Assembly (NCBI GenBank): GCA_963514005.1
Contig: OY740790.1
Location: 55,490,001 to 55,554,000 of the forward strand
Reading direction: 5' to 3'
From: Raja brachyura
Lineage: Eukaryota
Length of the DNA stretch: 64,000 bases
Numbering within the stretch: the first letter of the stretch is position 1; each line of letters opens with the position of its first letter. The notes beneath the pieces were generated by a model. That model was not told where the DNA came from, did no database searches, and saw only the letters and a program-made list of their open reading frames with translations. Position numbers and translations under genes: made by a program. Below, one piece after another: positions 1-13,087 of the stretch.

Positions 1-315
1 CATGCATAATTAATTAAACTATATTTACAGTTAAAGTAGCATAATTTGGCACATTAACTGTAAAGGTTTTGTACTGTCTGGGTAGGCATATAATGTAAAT
101 AGCTGAGTGTGTCCAATGTGATATCCTTACTAATGAACAGATAGACAACAGTTTTAAATGGATTCATATTGGAGGGATCATCCCACAGCTGAGCCTGGAT
201 ATTTAAAACTTATCACAAACCCATCAGCTCGCACAGTAACAATTCTGTTCATTTGATGAATTGATAAACCATTAAAAAAACATCAAAAGCAAGTAAATGT
301 AACAAATCCAAAATT

Positions 316-909
316 AGAAGAGAGAGAGAGAGGGAGAGTGAGAGGGTGAGAGGAGTAGGTGGGTGAGAGAGAGTAGGGGGGGAAGGGAGAGGGAGGGAGA
401 GAGAGGGGGGGAGAGAGAGGGGGGGAGAGAGAGGGGGGGAGAGAGGGGGGAGAGAGGGGGGGGGAGAGAGGGGGGGAGAGAGAGGGGGGGAGAGAGAGGG
501 GGGGAGAGAGAGGGGGGGAGAGAGGGGGGGGAGAGAGGGGGAGAGAGGGGGGGGAGAGAGGGGGGGGAGAGAGGGGGGGGAGAGAGGGGGGGAGAGAGGG
601 GGGGGAGAGAGGGGGGGGGAGAGGGGGGGAGGAGAGGGGGGGAGGAGAGGGGGGGGAGAGGGGGGGGAGAGGGGGGNNNNNNNNNNNNNNNNNNNNNNNN
701 NNNNNNNNNNNNNNNNNNNNNNNNNNNNNNNNNNNNNNNNNNNNNNNNNNNNNNNNNNNNNNNNNNNNNNNNNNNNNNNNNNNNNNNNNNNNNNNNNNNN
801 NNNNNNNNNNNNNNNNNNNNNNNNNNNNNNNNNNNNNNNNNNNNNNNTAGGGAGAGAGAGATAGGGAGAGGAGGAGAGGGGTGGAGATGGGGGATTGGGG
901 GGGGGGGGG
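316..909. repeat. Polypurine (G6-8 AGAGA)n low-complexity tract spanning an assembly gap
   Basis: Nearly pure G/A on the + strand on both sides of the N run. Confidence 0.9.
677..847. other. Assembly gap (171 N)
   Basis: Run of n. Confidence 1.
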
Positions 910-917
910 AACAGGTA

Positions 918-2076
918 CAGTTCCCTCCATAATGTTTGGTAAGACCCATCATTTATTTATTTGCCTCTGTACTCCACAATGTGAGATTTGTAATAGAAAA
1001 AAAATGACAACTGCACATTGCAAGATTTTAATAAAGGCCATTTTTATACATTCTGGTTTCAACAGTTGGATACAACTTCATCATCAGTTGTATCATCAAT
1101 GAAGATAAGTGAGCCAGTACTTTCAGCAGCCTACATGCCCAGGACATTACACCACCACCACTATGTTTCACAGAGGAGGTGGTATGCTTTGAATCTTGGG
1201 CAATTCCTTCTCTCCTCCATACTGTGCTCTTGCCATCACTCTGATATAAGTTAATCTTCATTTCATTTGTCCACACAACCTTTTTCCAGAACTGAGTTTG
1301 CTCTTTTATGTACTTCTTGGCAAACTGTAACCAGGCCATCCTATTGTTGCGGCTAACCAGTGGTTTGCATCTTGCAGTGCAGCCTTTGTATTTCTGTTCA
1401 TGATGTCTTCTGCGGACAGTGGTCAGACAAATCCACACCTGGCTCCTGAAGAGTGTTTCTGATCTGTCGGACAGGTGTTTGTGGTTGTTTCTTTATTATA
1501 GAGAATTCTTCTGTCATCAGCTGTGGAGGTCTTCCTTGGCCTACCAGTCCCTTTGCGATTAGTAAGCAACTCATGCATGGTACTGTGCCTCATTCTTTTT
1601 AATTATGTTCCAAACAGTTGATTTTGGTAAGCCTAAGGTTTGGCTGATGTCTCTAACAGTTATTCTTGTTTCTCAGTCTCATAATGGCTTCTTTGACTTT
1701 CATTGGCACAACTTTGCTCCTCATGTTGATTAACAACAATAAAAGCTTCCAAAGGTGAGTGAAAGACTGGAGGAAAGACTAGGTGCTGAGAGCTCTCTTA
1801 TACCTGCATTAAGGAGGCAATTAAACACACCTGAACAATTACAAACACCTGTGTCCCAAACATTATGACGCCCTGAAATGGGGGTACTATGTATAAACAC
1901 AGCTGTAATTTCTACATGGTGAAACCAAAATGTACAAAAATGGCCTTTAATAAAATCTGACAATGTGCACTTTAACCACATGTGATTGTTGTTCTATTAC
2001 AAATCTCAAATTGTGGAGTACAGAGGGAAATAAATAAATGAATAAATTATTGTCGCAAACATTATGGAGGGCACTG
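918..2076 (-). mobile_element. Tc1-family DNA transposon, internally deleted copy
   Basis: TA flanks at 916-917 and 2077-2078; TIR ends cagttccctccataatgtttg / caaacattatggagggcactg; transposase remnant KKVVWTNEMKINLY...VKHSGGGVMSWAC; same family as 40139-41718. Confidence 0.93.
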
Positions 2077-2367
2077 TACATGAATAGAAAACATTTATAA
2101 GGATAGGCCAAATGCCGACAAATGTGACTATTTCAGGTTAATATATCTTTGTCAGTGTGCGGGTTGACGTGCCTGTTTCCGTGCTGTATATCAATCAGCC
2201 TGACATTTACCATGCACAGTACACCAGACTATGATCTGTACGCAGGCAACCCACTACTGTTACACAAGGACACCATTCAAGCATCAAGTCTATGCCAGGT
2301 TCATCAATAGCATGTAACTAAATTGTAACCTCTGGATTCTTGAAAGGGCCAGCAAATGTAAAAAGGA

Positions 2368-3092
2368 GGGTTACACAAAAAGCTGGAGAAACTCAGCGGG
2401 TGCAGCAGCATCTAAGGAGCGAAGGAGATAGGCGACGTTTCGGGTCGAGACCCTTCTTCAGACTGGTCAGGGATCAGGGAAACGAGAGATATAGACGGTG
2501 ATGTGGAATGAAAGATATGCAAAAAAGTATTGATGATAAAGGAAACAGGCCATTGTAAGCTGTTTGTAGTGTGAAAATGAGAAGCTAGTGCAACGTCGGT
2601 GGGGGAGAGATAGAGAGAGAAGGAATGCCAGGGCCCGAGGGCTGAGGGAGAGGTGGGAAGGGGAGGAGGCAGCCAGGGTTAACAGAATTGAGAAAATTCA
2701 ATGTTTAAGCCCAGAGGATGCAAACTCCCCAAGCGGAATATGAGGCGCTGTTCCTCCAACTTGCGGTGTTGCTCACTCTGGCCATGGAGGAGGCCCAGGA
2801 CCGAGAGGTCGGATACGGAATGGGAGGGGGAGTTGAAGTGCTGAGCCACCGGGAGGTCGGGTTGGTTATTGCGGACTGAGCGGAGGTGTTCGGCGAAACG
2901 ATCGCCCAGCCTCCGCTTGGTCTCGCCGATGTAGATCAGCTGGCATCTGGAGCAACGGATGCAGTAGATGAGGTTGGAGGAGGTGCAGGTGAATCTCTGT
3001 TGGACTTGGAAGGACTGCTTGGGTCCCTGAAAGGAGTGGATGGGGGAGGTGAAGGGACAAGTGTAGCATCTCTTGCGGTTGCAAGGGAAAGT
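2368..3092 (-). mobile_element. 5'-truncated Penelope-like element: open GIY-YIG endonuclease C-terminus plus 3' region with hammerhead motif
   Basis: Peptide CTSSNLIYCIRCSRCQLIYIGETKRRLGDRFAEH...HFN...LNIEF; 14-bp TSD aaatgtaaaaagga at 2354-2367 and 3093-3106. Confidence 0.92.
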
Positions 3093-3184
3093 AAATGTAA
3101 AAAGGAATTGAACAATCTGAAATTTCTCCTTCACGTTACATATCAAATCACATTTGGAAATTTGTTGCCCATCTTTTACCATCA

Positions 3185-3520
3185 CTCTGAAGATCTGACT
3201 TGGACCAATCACATTGATGTAATCATAAAGAAAGCTCATCAAGGCCTCTACTTCCTCAAAAGATTGAGGTGATATGATACGTTGATTAATACTCTCTTGA
3301 ACTTCTATAGGTGTATATTGACTAGTTGCATCACAGCCAGATCCACCAAGGGTACTGACCTCCCCATCATCAAAGGGAATCTATAGGACTAGTTTTTATG
3401 TTTGTTTATTATATTATTTATTGAGTGCTGTGTAAACAAACCTGTTAATCTGCTGCTGCAAGTAAGAATTTCATTGTTCCGCTTTGGGACATATGACAGT
3501 AAAACACTCTTGTCTCTTGA
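3185..3520 (+). mobile_element. Degenerate Rex1/Babar-like LINE fragment
   Basis: LTWTNHIDVIIKKAHQGLYFLKRLR RT C-terminal motif; 3' end aatttcattgtt...tgacagtaaa. Boundaries approximate. Confidence 0.65.
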
Positions 3521-4317
3521 TCACTGAATTAAAATCCTATAAAGCTCTAACATAAACACTCTTGTCAATACCTTTATCAGCAATATTACAGTAGTTTAAG
3601 AAGATGGCTCACCATCATCTTTTCACAGGCACTCAGGAGTGGGTACACATCCCATATACAAGAAGAAATCATGGGTCTCAGAGAAGGTACCTTCAGAATA
3701 TTTAACCTGCACTTTTGAAGTTATCTTTTCCCATTATAAATATCCATGTTCACATTTATAATGGAAATGCTTCCATAAACATGTTGTTCATTGTACAACA
3801 CAGCCACCATGTTCAAGGGCTCTTTAATGATGTCTTAAACAGTTTTAAATGTCATTTTTCCTGAAATTCCCAATGTCCAAATTAAAGGTTCAACCATGAT
3901 TAAAAACACAGGTTTTTCCTGATTAAATCGGTATGAAAGCAGCACATGCAATGTGAATAGTTGTAGTATTTCGTGATCTTGAGTAAATGGCATTGATTAG
4001 GTGCGAGTTATCTTGTGGAATAGTTGCCATCCATGTCTTAAAAGTACTTCCTCAGTGTTGGTCAATTATGAACCAGTATTTTGACCCAACTATGGTGAAG
4101 GAACAACAATATATTTTTAAATCCCATGCTGTATGACTTGCAAGGAGAAATTCTATGTTGTGGTATTGTCGTCTGACTGCGGCCTTGTCTTTTCAGGCAA
4201 TACAGATTGCTTGCCTGAGAAGTTCAGCCAAAGAAGCCTTGTTAATTTAGCAATACATCATATAGATGGCAATAAAAGCAGCTGCAGGGTGGATGAGGAA
4301 ATGGCCCATATTTAAGT

Positions 4318-4611
4318 TTTTAGTTTAGTTTAGAGATACAGTGCAGAAACAGGCCCTTCGTCCCACCAAGTCAGCATCGACCAGCGATCCCCATATACTA
4401 ACACCATCCTACCCACTAGGGACAATTTACAATTATACTGAGCCAATTGACCTACAAACTTCTACTTCTTTGGAGTGTAGGAGGAAACCGGAGATCCCGG
4501 AGAAAACTTACGCAGGTCACAGGGAGAACGTGCAAACAGCACCCGTAGTCAGGATCGAACCCAGGTCTCTGGCGCTATAAAGCAGCAACTCTACTGTTGA
4601 GCCACCGTGCC
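4318..4611 (-). mobile_element. tRNA-derived SINE with CR1-like 3' end (chondrichthyan HE1/V-SINE-like)
   Basis: Minus-strand A-box-like tggctcaacag, B-box ggttcgatcc, and (ctaaa)n tail. Confidence 0.8.
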
Positions 4612-5858
4612 AATGAATAATCATGTTGCATTTATCCATGAGTAACAAACAGCCTCCTCACTCCAGCCGGCAGCAGAAAATTTCACCTCCCTCTGGATGT
4701 AATTTTTTGCATGATATGTGGTCTTCAATGACTGATATTGCACTGGCCTGCAATATACAGCAAGCTGCAATGGGTGCAACATGCACTGTCACAGCTCTCA
4801 ACTCTCACACACTTTATCTTGCCTGTTAGTTAAAACCCTCTACAAAACACTTGGATTTCAACACGACCGATTCAGCCTTTCCTTCTGGACACTCTGTTAC
4901 GGACAACTTGTTTTAGTTTTCAATGTATATTGAAGGTAGCTAAATTATTAACTGACAATGCACCTGGATTTTAACCCAGAAAGTACAGTGACTAAAAGAA
5001 AATAAACATTTTGCTTTGAGAATCAAATGGTATAGGTCATGGCCCCAGAATTAACCAGTCAAAGAACTTATTGAAGCTACTAGAAAACACCATACTGGAA
5101 TGGTAGAACACATACTTTGTAACCTGGTAATCACTGATCTAAAGACTTACCATAATAACCTGTGAAAATTGAATAAATTTGGTCATTTGTGGAATAAAAG
5201 AAGCTAATGACTGCAAAAGGCATTGATCCATTTGGCGCAAAAAAAACCTCAGATTCTTAATTATCAAGAAGCGGCAGGATAATATAGATAGATGGCAATA
5301 TGGAATTGAGGTTACAGTCAGATCAGTTATGGTCTTATTAAATGGAAGAGCAAGACCTAATTTGCATGTTTGTATGTCCACCTCTATTTAAAAATCAAAA
5401 ATATGTGCTTGAAACACACAAATAAGTCAGGCAGCATCTCGGAGAAGAATTAACCTCTTAGAATGAAGGCATTTCATCAATCTGTTTCGATTTTCACAGA
5501 TGCTCCCTGACCCGTTGAATGTTTTTTGAAGATTGTTTCATTTTTTAGCTTAAATTAATTTATTCACCGAAGTCCCATTGTGTTCAATTCCCTTACCCGA
5601 AAAAAAATCGCTAATCTAAATTTTGAAATTGACCTGGATTCATCATTCTTTCATGGGAAGACAATTACCATTGTCCAACTATTCTACATAAAAAACTCCA
5701 CCTTCCATCAATCCTGAACAGCCTAGCTATAATTTTAATTTATGTTCCTTTGTGGTACAGTATCCCACCTTCTATTTGTATTCAATATTTAGGAAAATCG
5801 TTTTTTGTTTAAATTTGTAATTAAGATCCAAAGAGGATATGTTTCAAATACTCCAGTT

Positions 5859-6545
5859 ATTTTCTTTTTTTTTGTTAGAAGTAAGTACAATAGTGTGGTA
5901 CTTGAGTACCTAATACATACATACATATTACCATTCTTGTACAACTTCATATTTTTAATTTAATAATAAAAGAACAGTGAATGAAAAAATAAATAAAGAG
6001 TGTCGGAATAGATAGACAAGTGAGTAGAAATAGATAGCTAAAGAACAGAGAAGAAAAGCTAAAAAGATTGAAAGAAAAAGAGAAAGTAGAAAAAAGAGAA
6101 ATTAGGAGAGATCTACCTATTTTGTATTTTTGCCCATCCGTCACCCGGTTCTGAACCATTTAATTTTTAAGGTTGTGTTATGTTGCACCATATGCTTGTA
6201 AAAAGTTGATAAAAGGAGACCAAGTCTTTAAGAATTGGTCTACTTTGCCAGTAGGAGGAATCTCATTTCTTCAAGATGTAGCGTTTCCGACATATTTGAA
6301 ATCCACATTTGAACATTGGCGTGGTTGCGTTTTTCCAGAATTTGAGTATAAGTTTTTTTGCTGTTATAAAACTGTAATTAAGAAGAGCTTCTTGGACTAT
6401 AGTTAGTTTACTTCCCTCTTCCATTGATCCAAAGATAATCAGTTCTGTATTGGGGTTCAATTTTGTGTTAAATAGTTTTGTAAAAGTTCCAAAAATTTAG
6501 TTCCAAAATGTATGCAGTTTTGTACAAGAGACAAAGGAATGTTGG
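5859..6545 (-). mobile_element. L1-clade LINE 3' fragment (ORF2 C-terminus, 3' UTR, poly-A)
   Basis: ELIIFG...TAKKLILKFWKNATTP resembles the L1 ORF2 end; poly-T at about 5859-5873 on +. Confidence 0.7.
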
Positions 6546-7848
6546 GCAGAACTGTCTAACCAGTAGATTATATTTTTAATATTCTACCAATTATTTTTTT
6601 TCCACTCAAAGCAGAGATTGAACAGTGAATTATTTATACTTGTTTCCAAATCAGGTTTGTGATTTGCACTAGAGATGTACACTTGACCATTAAACTGTAT
6701 CACTAGATCAAACAAAATATTCTTTAATTAATACTGATGATAACTCAATTTGTAATTTTTGAAAATGAATGAGATGCAAGTGTCTCAAATTTTTTCCTCT
6801 GAGAAAACTAAAACACCTTTAAAGTATGAAGCAATCTCAATCACTTCCCGCGTCAGGCTGTATACCTTCACTTCAAAATGCACAGTACATGACGAATTAT
6901 GTTCCTTTTGGACCCTCTTACATATTAAATACTCAAGTCAATATAATTAAAAAATGTCATAAATAATGAGTAACAGTTCCCCATTTAACAGACTCAAGCT
7001 GTATAATCTAAAATTGTATAAATCCATTTAAGTTCCAGTAAGAGATTATTCATAAGCTACTAAGCTCTCTTAACGTCAGTAATGGTTTTGATGGCTCACA
7101 CATTCCTCTCCAAGTTGTGGATTTAAGGCCCATTTCAGATAAATGAACACAAAATATCTACGCTAGCATTCCATCTTCTAGATGAGTTGGTATATAAAGG
7201 CCTGGTCTGGTCCGCGGATTGGAATTAAAAGTTGCAAAAGAGCAGTTGACCAGCAAGCAGTGTCCTCACTAATATCCGTCAATTAACACATGCAAAATAG
7301 ATTATTTATATTTTGTTACATTGGAACCTTGGGAACTCTGCTGCAATTTTAATTTGTAATATTATCTCATTGGCTATTAAGTTTTTTGGGCCAACTCAAA
7401 ATCATGAAGACCACTGTACAAGTTTATAAAAATATTTTGTAAATTCCAAAATGCACTAATCTGCACAGGAGCAGCATTTTTATACAGCTAATTGTTGTGT
7501 AAACCAAGGAAAATTATGGTTCACTGTCTCCAGTTACACCTTAGCGTCAAGACAGTTAAGCTCTCGCAAGATGTGTCAATTACTTGGAAAGACAAACTCA
7601 AACGATAAGACCAAAGATAATGCATGTTAAAAATCTGTTGGTTTGGAATAAGTTACATTTTAACAAACGTGTTTTAGAAATAATAAAATGCACATTATAC
7701 TACAATATACATTACAATAAAGGTGATACCCAGAATAATTATTTGTGTTGAATAAACACAGCTTTACCAACTGAGCTTGTTAACCATTCTTATTCATTGA
7801 CCACCATCTGCAATTTGCACAAATCAGAACAGAAATTTTGATACTTAC

Positions 7849-7993
7849 TGGATTGCATGGTTTTTTCAGAAGTTATTTGTGTGTATGCTCCTAAACCGTG
7901 CTCTGAACGTGCTGCTAAACGGAAGTAGTATGTTTTATCTGGCTTCAGTCCTTCCACAGTGTATGAAGAATTAGGGTCAAAGATTACATGTTC
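7849..7993 (-). CDS. PTPRF: FNIII-3 second exon (145 nt, phase 0-1): EHVIFDPNSSYTVEGLKPDKTYYFRLAARSEHGLGAYTQITSEKTMQS
   Basis: ORF 7790..8026; acceptor ttgcag, donor gtaagt. No further downstream exon was found in the window. Confidence 0.95.
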
Positions 7994-8715
7994 CTGCAAT
8001 GAAAATTCAGTGAGTCTTGAAAGCATTAACTGAACTATTGCTCTTATTGTGTTCTTTGAATGCTATTCTTCACACTGCTAAGTATAATTAAGAGCAACAA
8101 GTTAAGTTACTTTGGACATTTAGTCTGATTATTGAATCAGAGGTATTTTCCTAATACAATTTATATAATTACTACATAGATTATATGGCATCAACTTTAA
8201 ATTCCTGAATCTTGGAAAACTACGAAATAAATACAAAATCATGTGCAAATAGAAATTTGCGTTTACGTTTTACATTTCAAGTAATTATTTACGCAACAGT
8301 ATTTAACCTGCTATTTTAGTGGCTTTGTTTTGTTAGATGCAAGTAAAAGTTTGAAGTTCAACTGCACATCAATTAAATTTATTTTGTCTAGCACACCAGT
8401 ACCATGCTTCCATGTTAGCATTTTACTTATGTGTCTTCACTTGTTAAAAGGCGTTTTTTAACAAAGCATTTCCAAGATTCTCGCTACAATTGGTTATATC
8501 CATCAGTTTATCACTTGACAACTGCACCCATTTTATTTAGGAAAATAATGCTTGTTATTTTTGTCTTTTTCCAATTCAGTGAGCTTACAGAAGTTTATTT
8601 AAATTTATATTAAATTCTTGTCCTTGTTTAATTAGCAAGTTCAAATCCTAGTCTGAGCTACTCATTGTTTAAGTTCATATTCGTAACAAAGCCCCATAAA
8701 TGAAGCTTTTTAAAG

Positions 8716-8955
8716 GAACCTGAGGGCAACTTTTTCACACATAGAGCAGTGGTTATATGTGGAACGTCGCCAGACGGAGTGGTAGTGGTAGGTATAATTA
8801 CAACATTTTAAAGATGGTTGGACAGGTATATGGAAGGAAAGACTTGGAAGGATTTTCAGTAGGCGTAGACAAGAGGGATCAGTTTGATTATACAATTTGG
8901 TTGGCATGTACGAGTTGGGCTGAAGAGTTTGTCTTGTGTTGTGTAGCTCTATGAC
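8716..8955 (+). mobile_element. CR1 LINE 3' fragment
   Basis: aggggcaactttttcacaca-like motif and a 3' end resembling the CR1 copy at 53327-53805. Confidence 0.7.
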
Positions 8956-9022
8956 TAACTTAGTGGGAGCCTCGCATTTCCCTTTAATTTTCATGCCACT
9001 ACAGGTGTAGACCTCATCTTAC

Positions 9023-9156
9023 CTCTTTGCCATCTGCCTCCTCAGAATACACCAATTCGTAATTAAGTATTTTTTCTTGTTGACGCATCACCCAAGAGAG
9101 CGCAATACTGGTATCAGACTCTGCTTCAGCTAGGAACTCAGCTGGCTGTGCAGGAA
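9023..9156 (-). CDS. PTPRF: FNIII-3 first exon (134 nt, phase 1-0): VPAQPAEFLAEAESDTSIALSWVMRQQEKILNYELVYSEEADGKE
   Basis: Manual translation; acceptor ttctatag, donor gtaaga. Absent from the ORF track. Confidence 0.93.
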
Positions 9157-11575
9157 CTATAGAAGAATGAAATTGAAAGCAACATTCAACCTTTTTAAGT
9201 ATATTCCCTTTTATACCACAAATCCTTCACGTATTAATTGTCTCAAATAATTTTCCTGGCAATAATTCTGTCAAAACTGCTTTGCTTTGGCAAACAGTAC
9301 AGACTTCAAACAAATAGTCCTTTATCAAAGTCTGTTCTGTATTTTATCAACTATTATTTAAAAAAAAAGTACCCTGTGTGCAACTACTTTTGTTAAATTA
9401 GAAATGAAGGCAGAATCTCCTGGCTTTTAATCAATTAACTGGGCAGTCGCTTAGGATTCTCAAGAACAAGTAAAATCCTGTCTTCAACTGCTAAGTGGCA
9501 GCCTTAGGATACCTGCAATGTGCTTTTGTACTCCTCGTGGTGTTAATGGAGCAGTACAAACCTCTAATTTTCCAGCTCTTAAGTGGAGAAATCAGCTTTC
9601 TGAACCAGTGGCATGTTAATCTGGCACATGTGATGAGTTCCAATTGAAATTAATGGGAACAAACAGCTGTCAGCACTTCAGTAACTCGACTGTCTTACAC
9701 ATATTCAATTAGTTTCCATGTATTTCGTTGACATTCACGTTCAGTCTCAGTGACAGTTTTGATAATAGGTTAGTATGGGCTCCAGGCTTTCCACCTATGA
9801 AAGCCATTCTTGGAGTGCAGTCAGACACTTGCACCAGGGCTCGTGGATCAGCTGAGAGTTGACCTCCCAGAAGATGACACCAATGGTGGAAAATAATCAC
9901 TAGTTCAAGGGCAGATGACAGCAACCTATTTTCTTCTCTGACACCATACGACGTAGGTAATATTTTTTGTTGGGATCCCTGAAGCTACATATTAGCAGCA
10001 CAAGCATGTATTACTTCTCATAAATACAACAATCACATTTTAATATGTTTAGTCTTGCACATCTGCAACATACAATTGCCACAAAGTATATTTGCTGTTG
10101 CAATACCCTATGTTAATAAGCCTTTAAACAAAGTATTCCACATGAATAATTTTATGAAGTAACAATGCTTTTTGGACCATGTTAAACTAGTGAATACCAA
10201 ATAATGTTGCCTTGTCTTGGGAGAAAAAAACATACATTTCAGATCACAAAGAGGATGCATTATAAGAGGAGCATATAATAACATGAATAGAACTGGAAAT
10301 GCTGGGACTATTATCTGGGAATGTACTGCAAAAGTTTGCATCACTCTTTGGCATAGGAACTTCACAGTTAAATCTAATCCTGTCCTCAGACAATAGCCAA
10401 ACATAATCTTCCTAACTGTCACTGGAGAGCAATAAGAAATGGAAATTCTGGCTTAATGCCTCCAAACACATTTGAAAGGGGCCAAATATCTGATCTGTAC
10501 CATCAAGTGTAACTAAATAAATGGCAGTAATCAGAAATGAGATCACCTGGCTTGCTTACTCAGTTGCGCAAGTCCAAATGTAGAATAATAGATAGGCTAC
10601 TCATGTAATTACAATGTACACTGTGCAACAAAAAGAAAGATTTTTCCCTATATAAATCTCATGATCCTAGCTGGGTGGCAAATGGGAAGTCACTGTATTA
10701 TTTACTATTCAGCGATATCTGCTGAGAAATGCAAGTTAAATTCATCACTGGCTAGGCTGGCATTTACTGGTCAATCTTAATTATTCGTGAATTGAAAGGG
10801 TTGCTAAACCAATTTAGCTGAGAGCCAATCACACACTGTGGTTCTGGAGAACAGAAGAATTTCTAATGAAGGGCAATGGTGTGGTAAATGTTTGTAATGC
10901 AATCCAGCTTTTTAACTCCAGATTTATTTTATTACTCGAATTTATGTTTTGTGCCATTGGAATGTGATTCAAACTCATGTCTTGAAATCAATAATCCAGT
11001 CAATGGATTCTGGTTCAGTAATATAACCACTATGCTATTGCATCATTGCAAGATCTTTGGATATTGCCAAGTCAAACAATCTACTAACGCAATGTATGTA
11101 TCAAGAGGAGTGACTTGTGCGAAGGAATTGTAGATTGCTAACAGGTTTGAAAGTGCATTGAGAATGAGTCACCATCTTCTGCAGAGGAAGCAGCTTGGAC
11201 ACTTAATACTATGACAAGAATCCGTGCCAACAAAATATTTAATCTAATCTGATGGTGGTTGCCTCTACCGAAACAGCAAAACAAATTGTGCACATTCTGA
11301 TGTTTAGTGCTGAAGCGTTGCAACAGGTGATCACATGCTTGAAACCTGCCTAAATTCACTTGGAATTAACATAGGTTCCATCAAAAATAGAAGGGATTTG
11401 TTATCAAAATTTGCTTCATGGGAATTCAATTCTATGTGATTTTAACCTGGGCAAATCCAATATCTACTAATGCTACTTGAACACTATAGTCATAGACATT
11501 AATTGTCCTAAATTTATCCAAGCTTGTAAGTCAAAATGTAAAAACAGCCACAGGTGGAAAAAATTGTGAACTTAC

Positions 11576-12157
11576 CTCCTTGCTGGGTTTTAACTTGTAT
11601 AATATCAGATGATGGTCCATCCCCCATTGAAGTAAATGCCAGTACCTGGATGCTGTATGTGGTGCCTGTTGTTAAGCCACTGATGGTTGTTAGATGACTA
11701 TCATCCAAGTTATGCTTGTTCCACATATTCAAAGTCAACTTGGAGTCAGTTGTATAGTACACCCGATATCCCCGAATCTGCCCATTGGGCTCTTCTGGCT
11801 CCTTCCACTGGATTAACATGGTACTGGCACTGAGCATACGTGCCTGAACTTTTAAAGGTGGGCTTGATGGAGCCTGTTCACCTGTCCGAGTTTCTATTAT
11901 TTCACTGGGAGGCCCTCTACCAATATTATTTACTGCAATAATTCGGAATTCATATTCTGAGTATGGGCTGAGGCCTCCAATGCTATACCGTGTGGTGGCA
12001 ACTCCATCTATCTCCTGAAAGGGTCCATCTGAGGTTTTTGGTTTATATTGAATGACATAGAACGGTATCATTTCCATATTTCCCGATTCCCAGGTCAGTG
12101 TAACACTGGTAGCTGTTGTCTCTGTAACGCTTGTCATAGTTGGTGGCTTTGGTAAAG
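11576..12157 (-). CDS. PTPRF: FNIII-1/FNIII-2 exon (582 nt): ALPKPPTM...QVKTQQG
   Basis: ORF 11514..12206; acceptor attctag, donor gtaagt; [25 protein letters not shown] and MLSASTML are PTPRF-type. Confidence 0.96.
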
Positions 12158-12817
12158 CTAGAATGCAAAAACAGTTACATTTATTAGCTACTTCAAGGTG
12201 CAACATAAACGTTTAGATGAATGAGATGAATAACAATATAACTTAAATGGATCAAGATATGACTAATTACATTTTAAAACCAATTCACTAAGGGATGAGG
12301 GAAAAAATTGCCTTAAATATAAACCATAACTTAATTGTTATCAAAATTTGCTGCCTCTGAATTACCATTAAGCACAACATAGCCCCATCAGCACTTAAAT
12401 TTATGCTCCCCATCTAACATCCATTTACGCTAATTCAATTTTTATTCACTCTTCATTCCCATCAACTCCTGTACATTGTCACTTCCTGTACATTGGGGGC
12501 AATTTGGGGGATGAAACTAGACTGCTGGAGCTATAGGCAGCAGGTTTGCTAGCTGTGTCACAAATGAAGTTTGAATTAACTGTCTTTAAGAGAAATCCAT
12601 TTATTGTAAACTTGGAATTCTGTCACACTACCAAATAAGTTAATTTATCAAGTAGGAATAAATGTACAACTATAGCAAACTCCCCTTTTTTGCAAAGGAA
12701 AATGAAAACCAGAAAGGAAAAGTTAAAATGACAGTTCACTTTTGCCAAATAAGTACTTCTCTAATTAATGCAGACAGGCAATATGAATATATAATAGTCA
12801 TATATTTATTTATTTAC

Positions 12818-13087
12818 CTTTAACTGTTATTTGTGCTGTTGCCTCAATGACACCCAACGAAGACATGGCAACACATGTGTAGCTCCCAGTTTCCTTGATA
12901 TTTACTAGTTCCAGAACATTTCGTCCAACAGGCATATCCTCTTCTGGTGTCAATTCTACTGCTCCAGCCACCCATTTCACATAGGGCATGGGTGACCCCA
13001 CAGCTACACAAGTGAGGTTGACACTGCCGCCTGGCATCACTTCATGGCTAGTGGGTGGGATAGAGAACCGCGGGGGAACACGGCGCA
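12818..13087 (-). CDS. PTPRF: Ig3 exon (270 nt): [31 protein letters not shown]...EATAQITVK
   Basis: ORF 12810..13088; acceptor ttttcag, donor gtaaat; VNLTC and EATAQ are LAR-like. Confidence 0.96.

Noticed and set aside
283-952. Pro/Ser-rich and Gly/Glu/Arg-rich ORFs
   Set aside because: Translations of the G/A repeat across an N gap.
4540-4611. tRNA gene
   Set aside because: The A/B boxes belong to a SINE head; no cloverleaf is evident.
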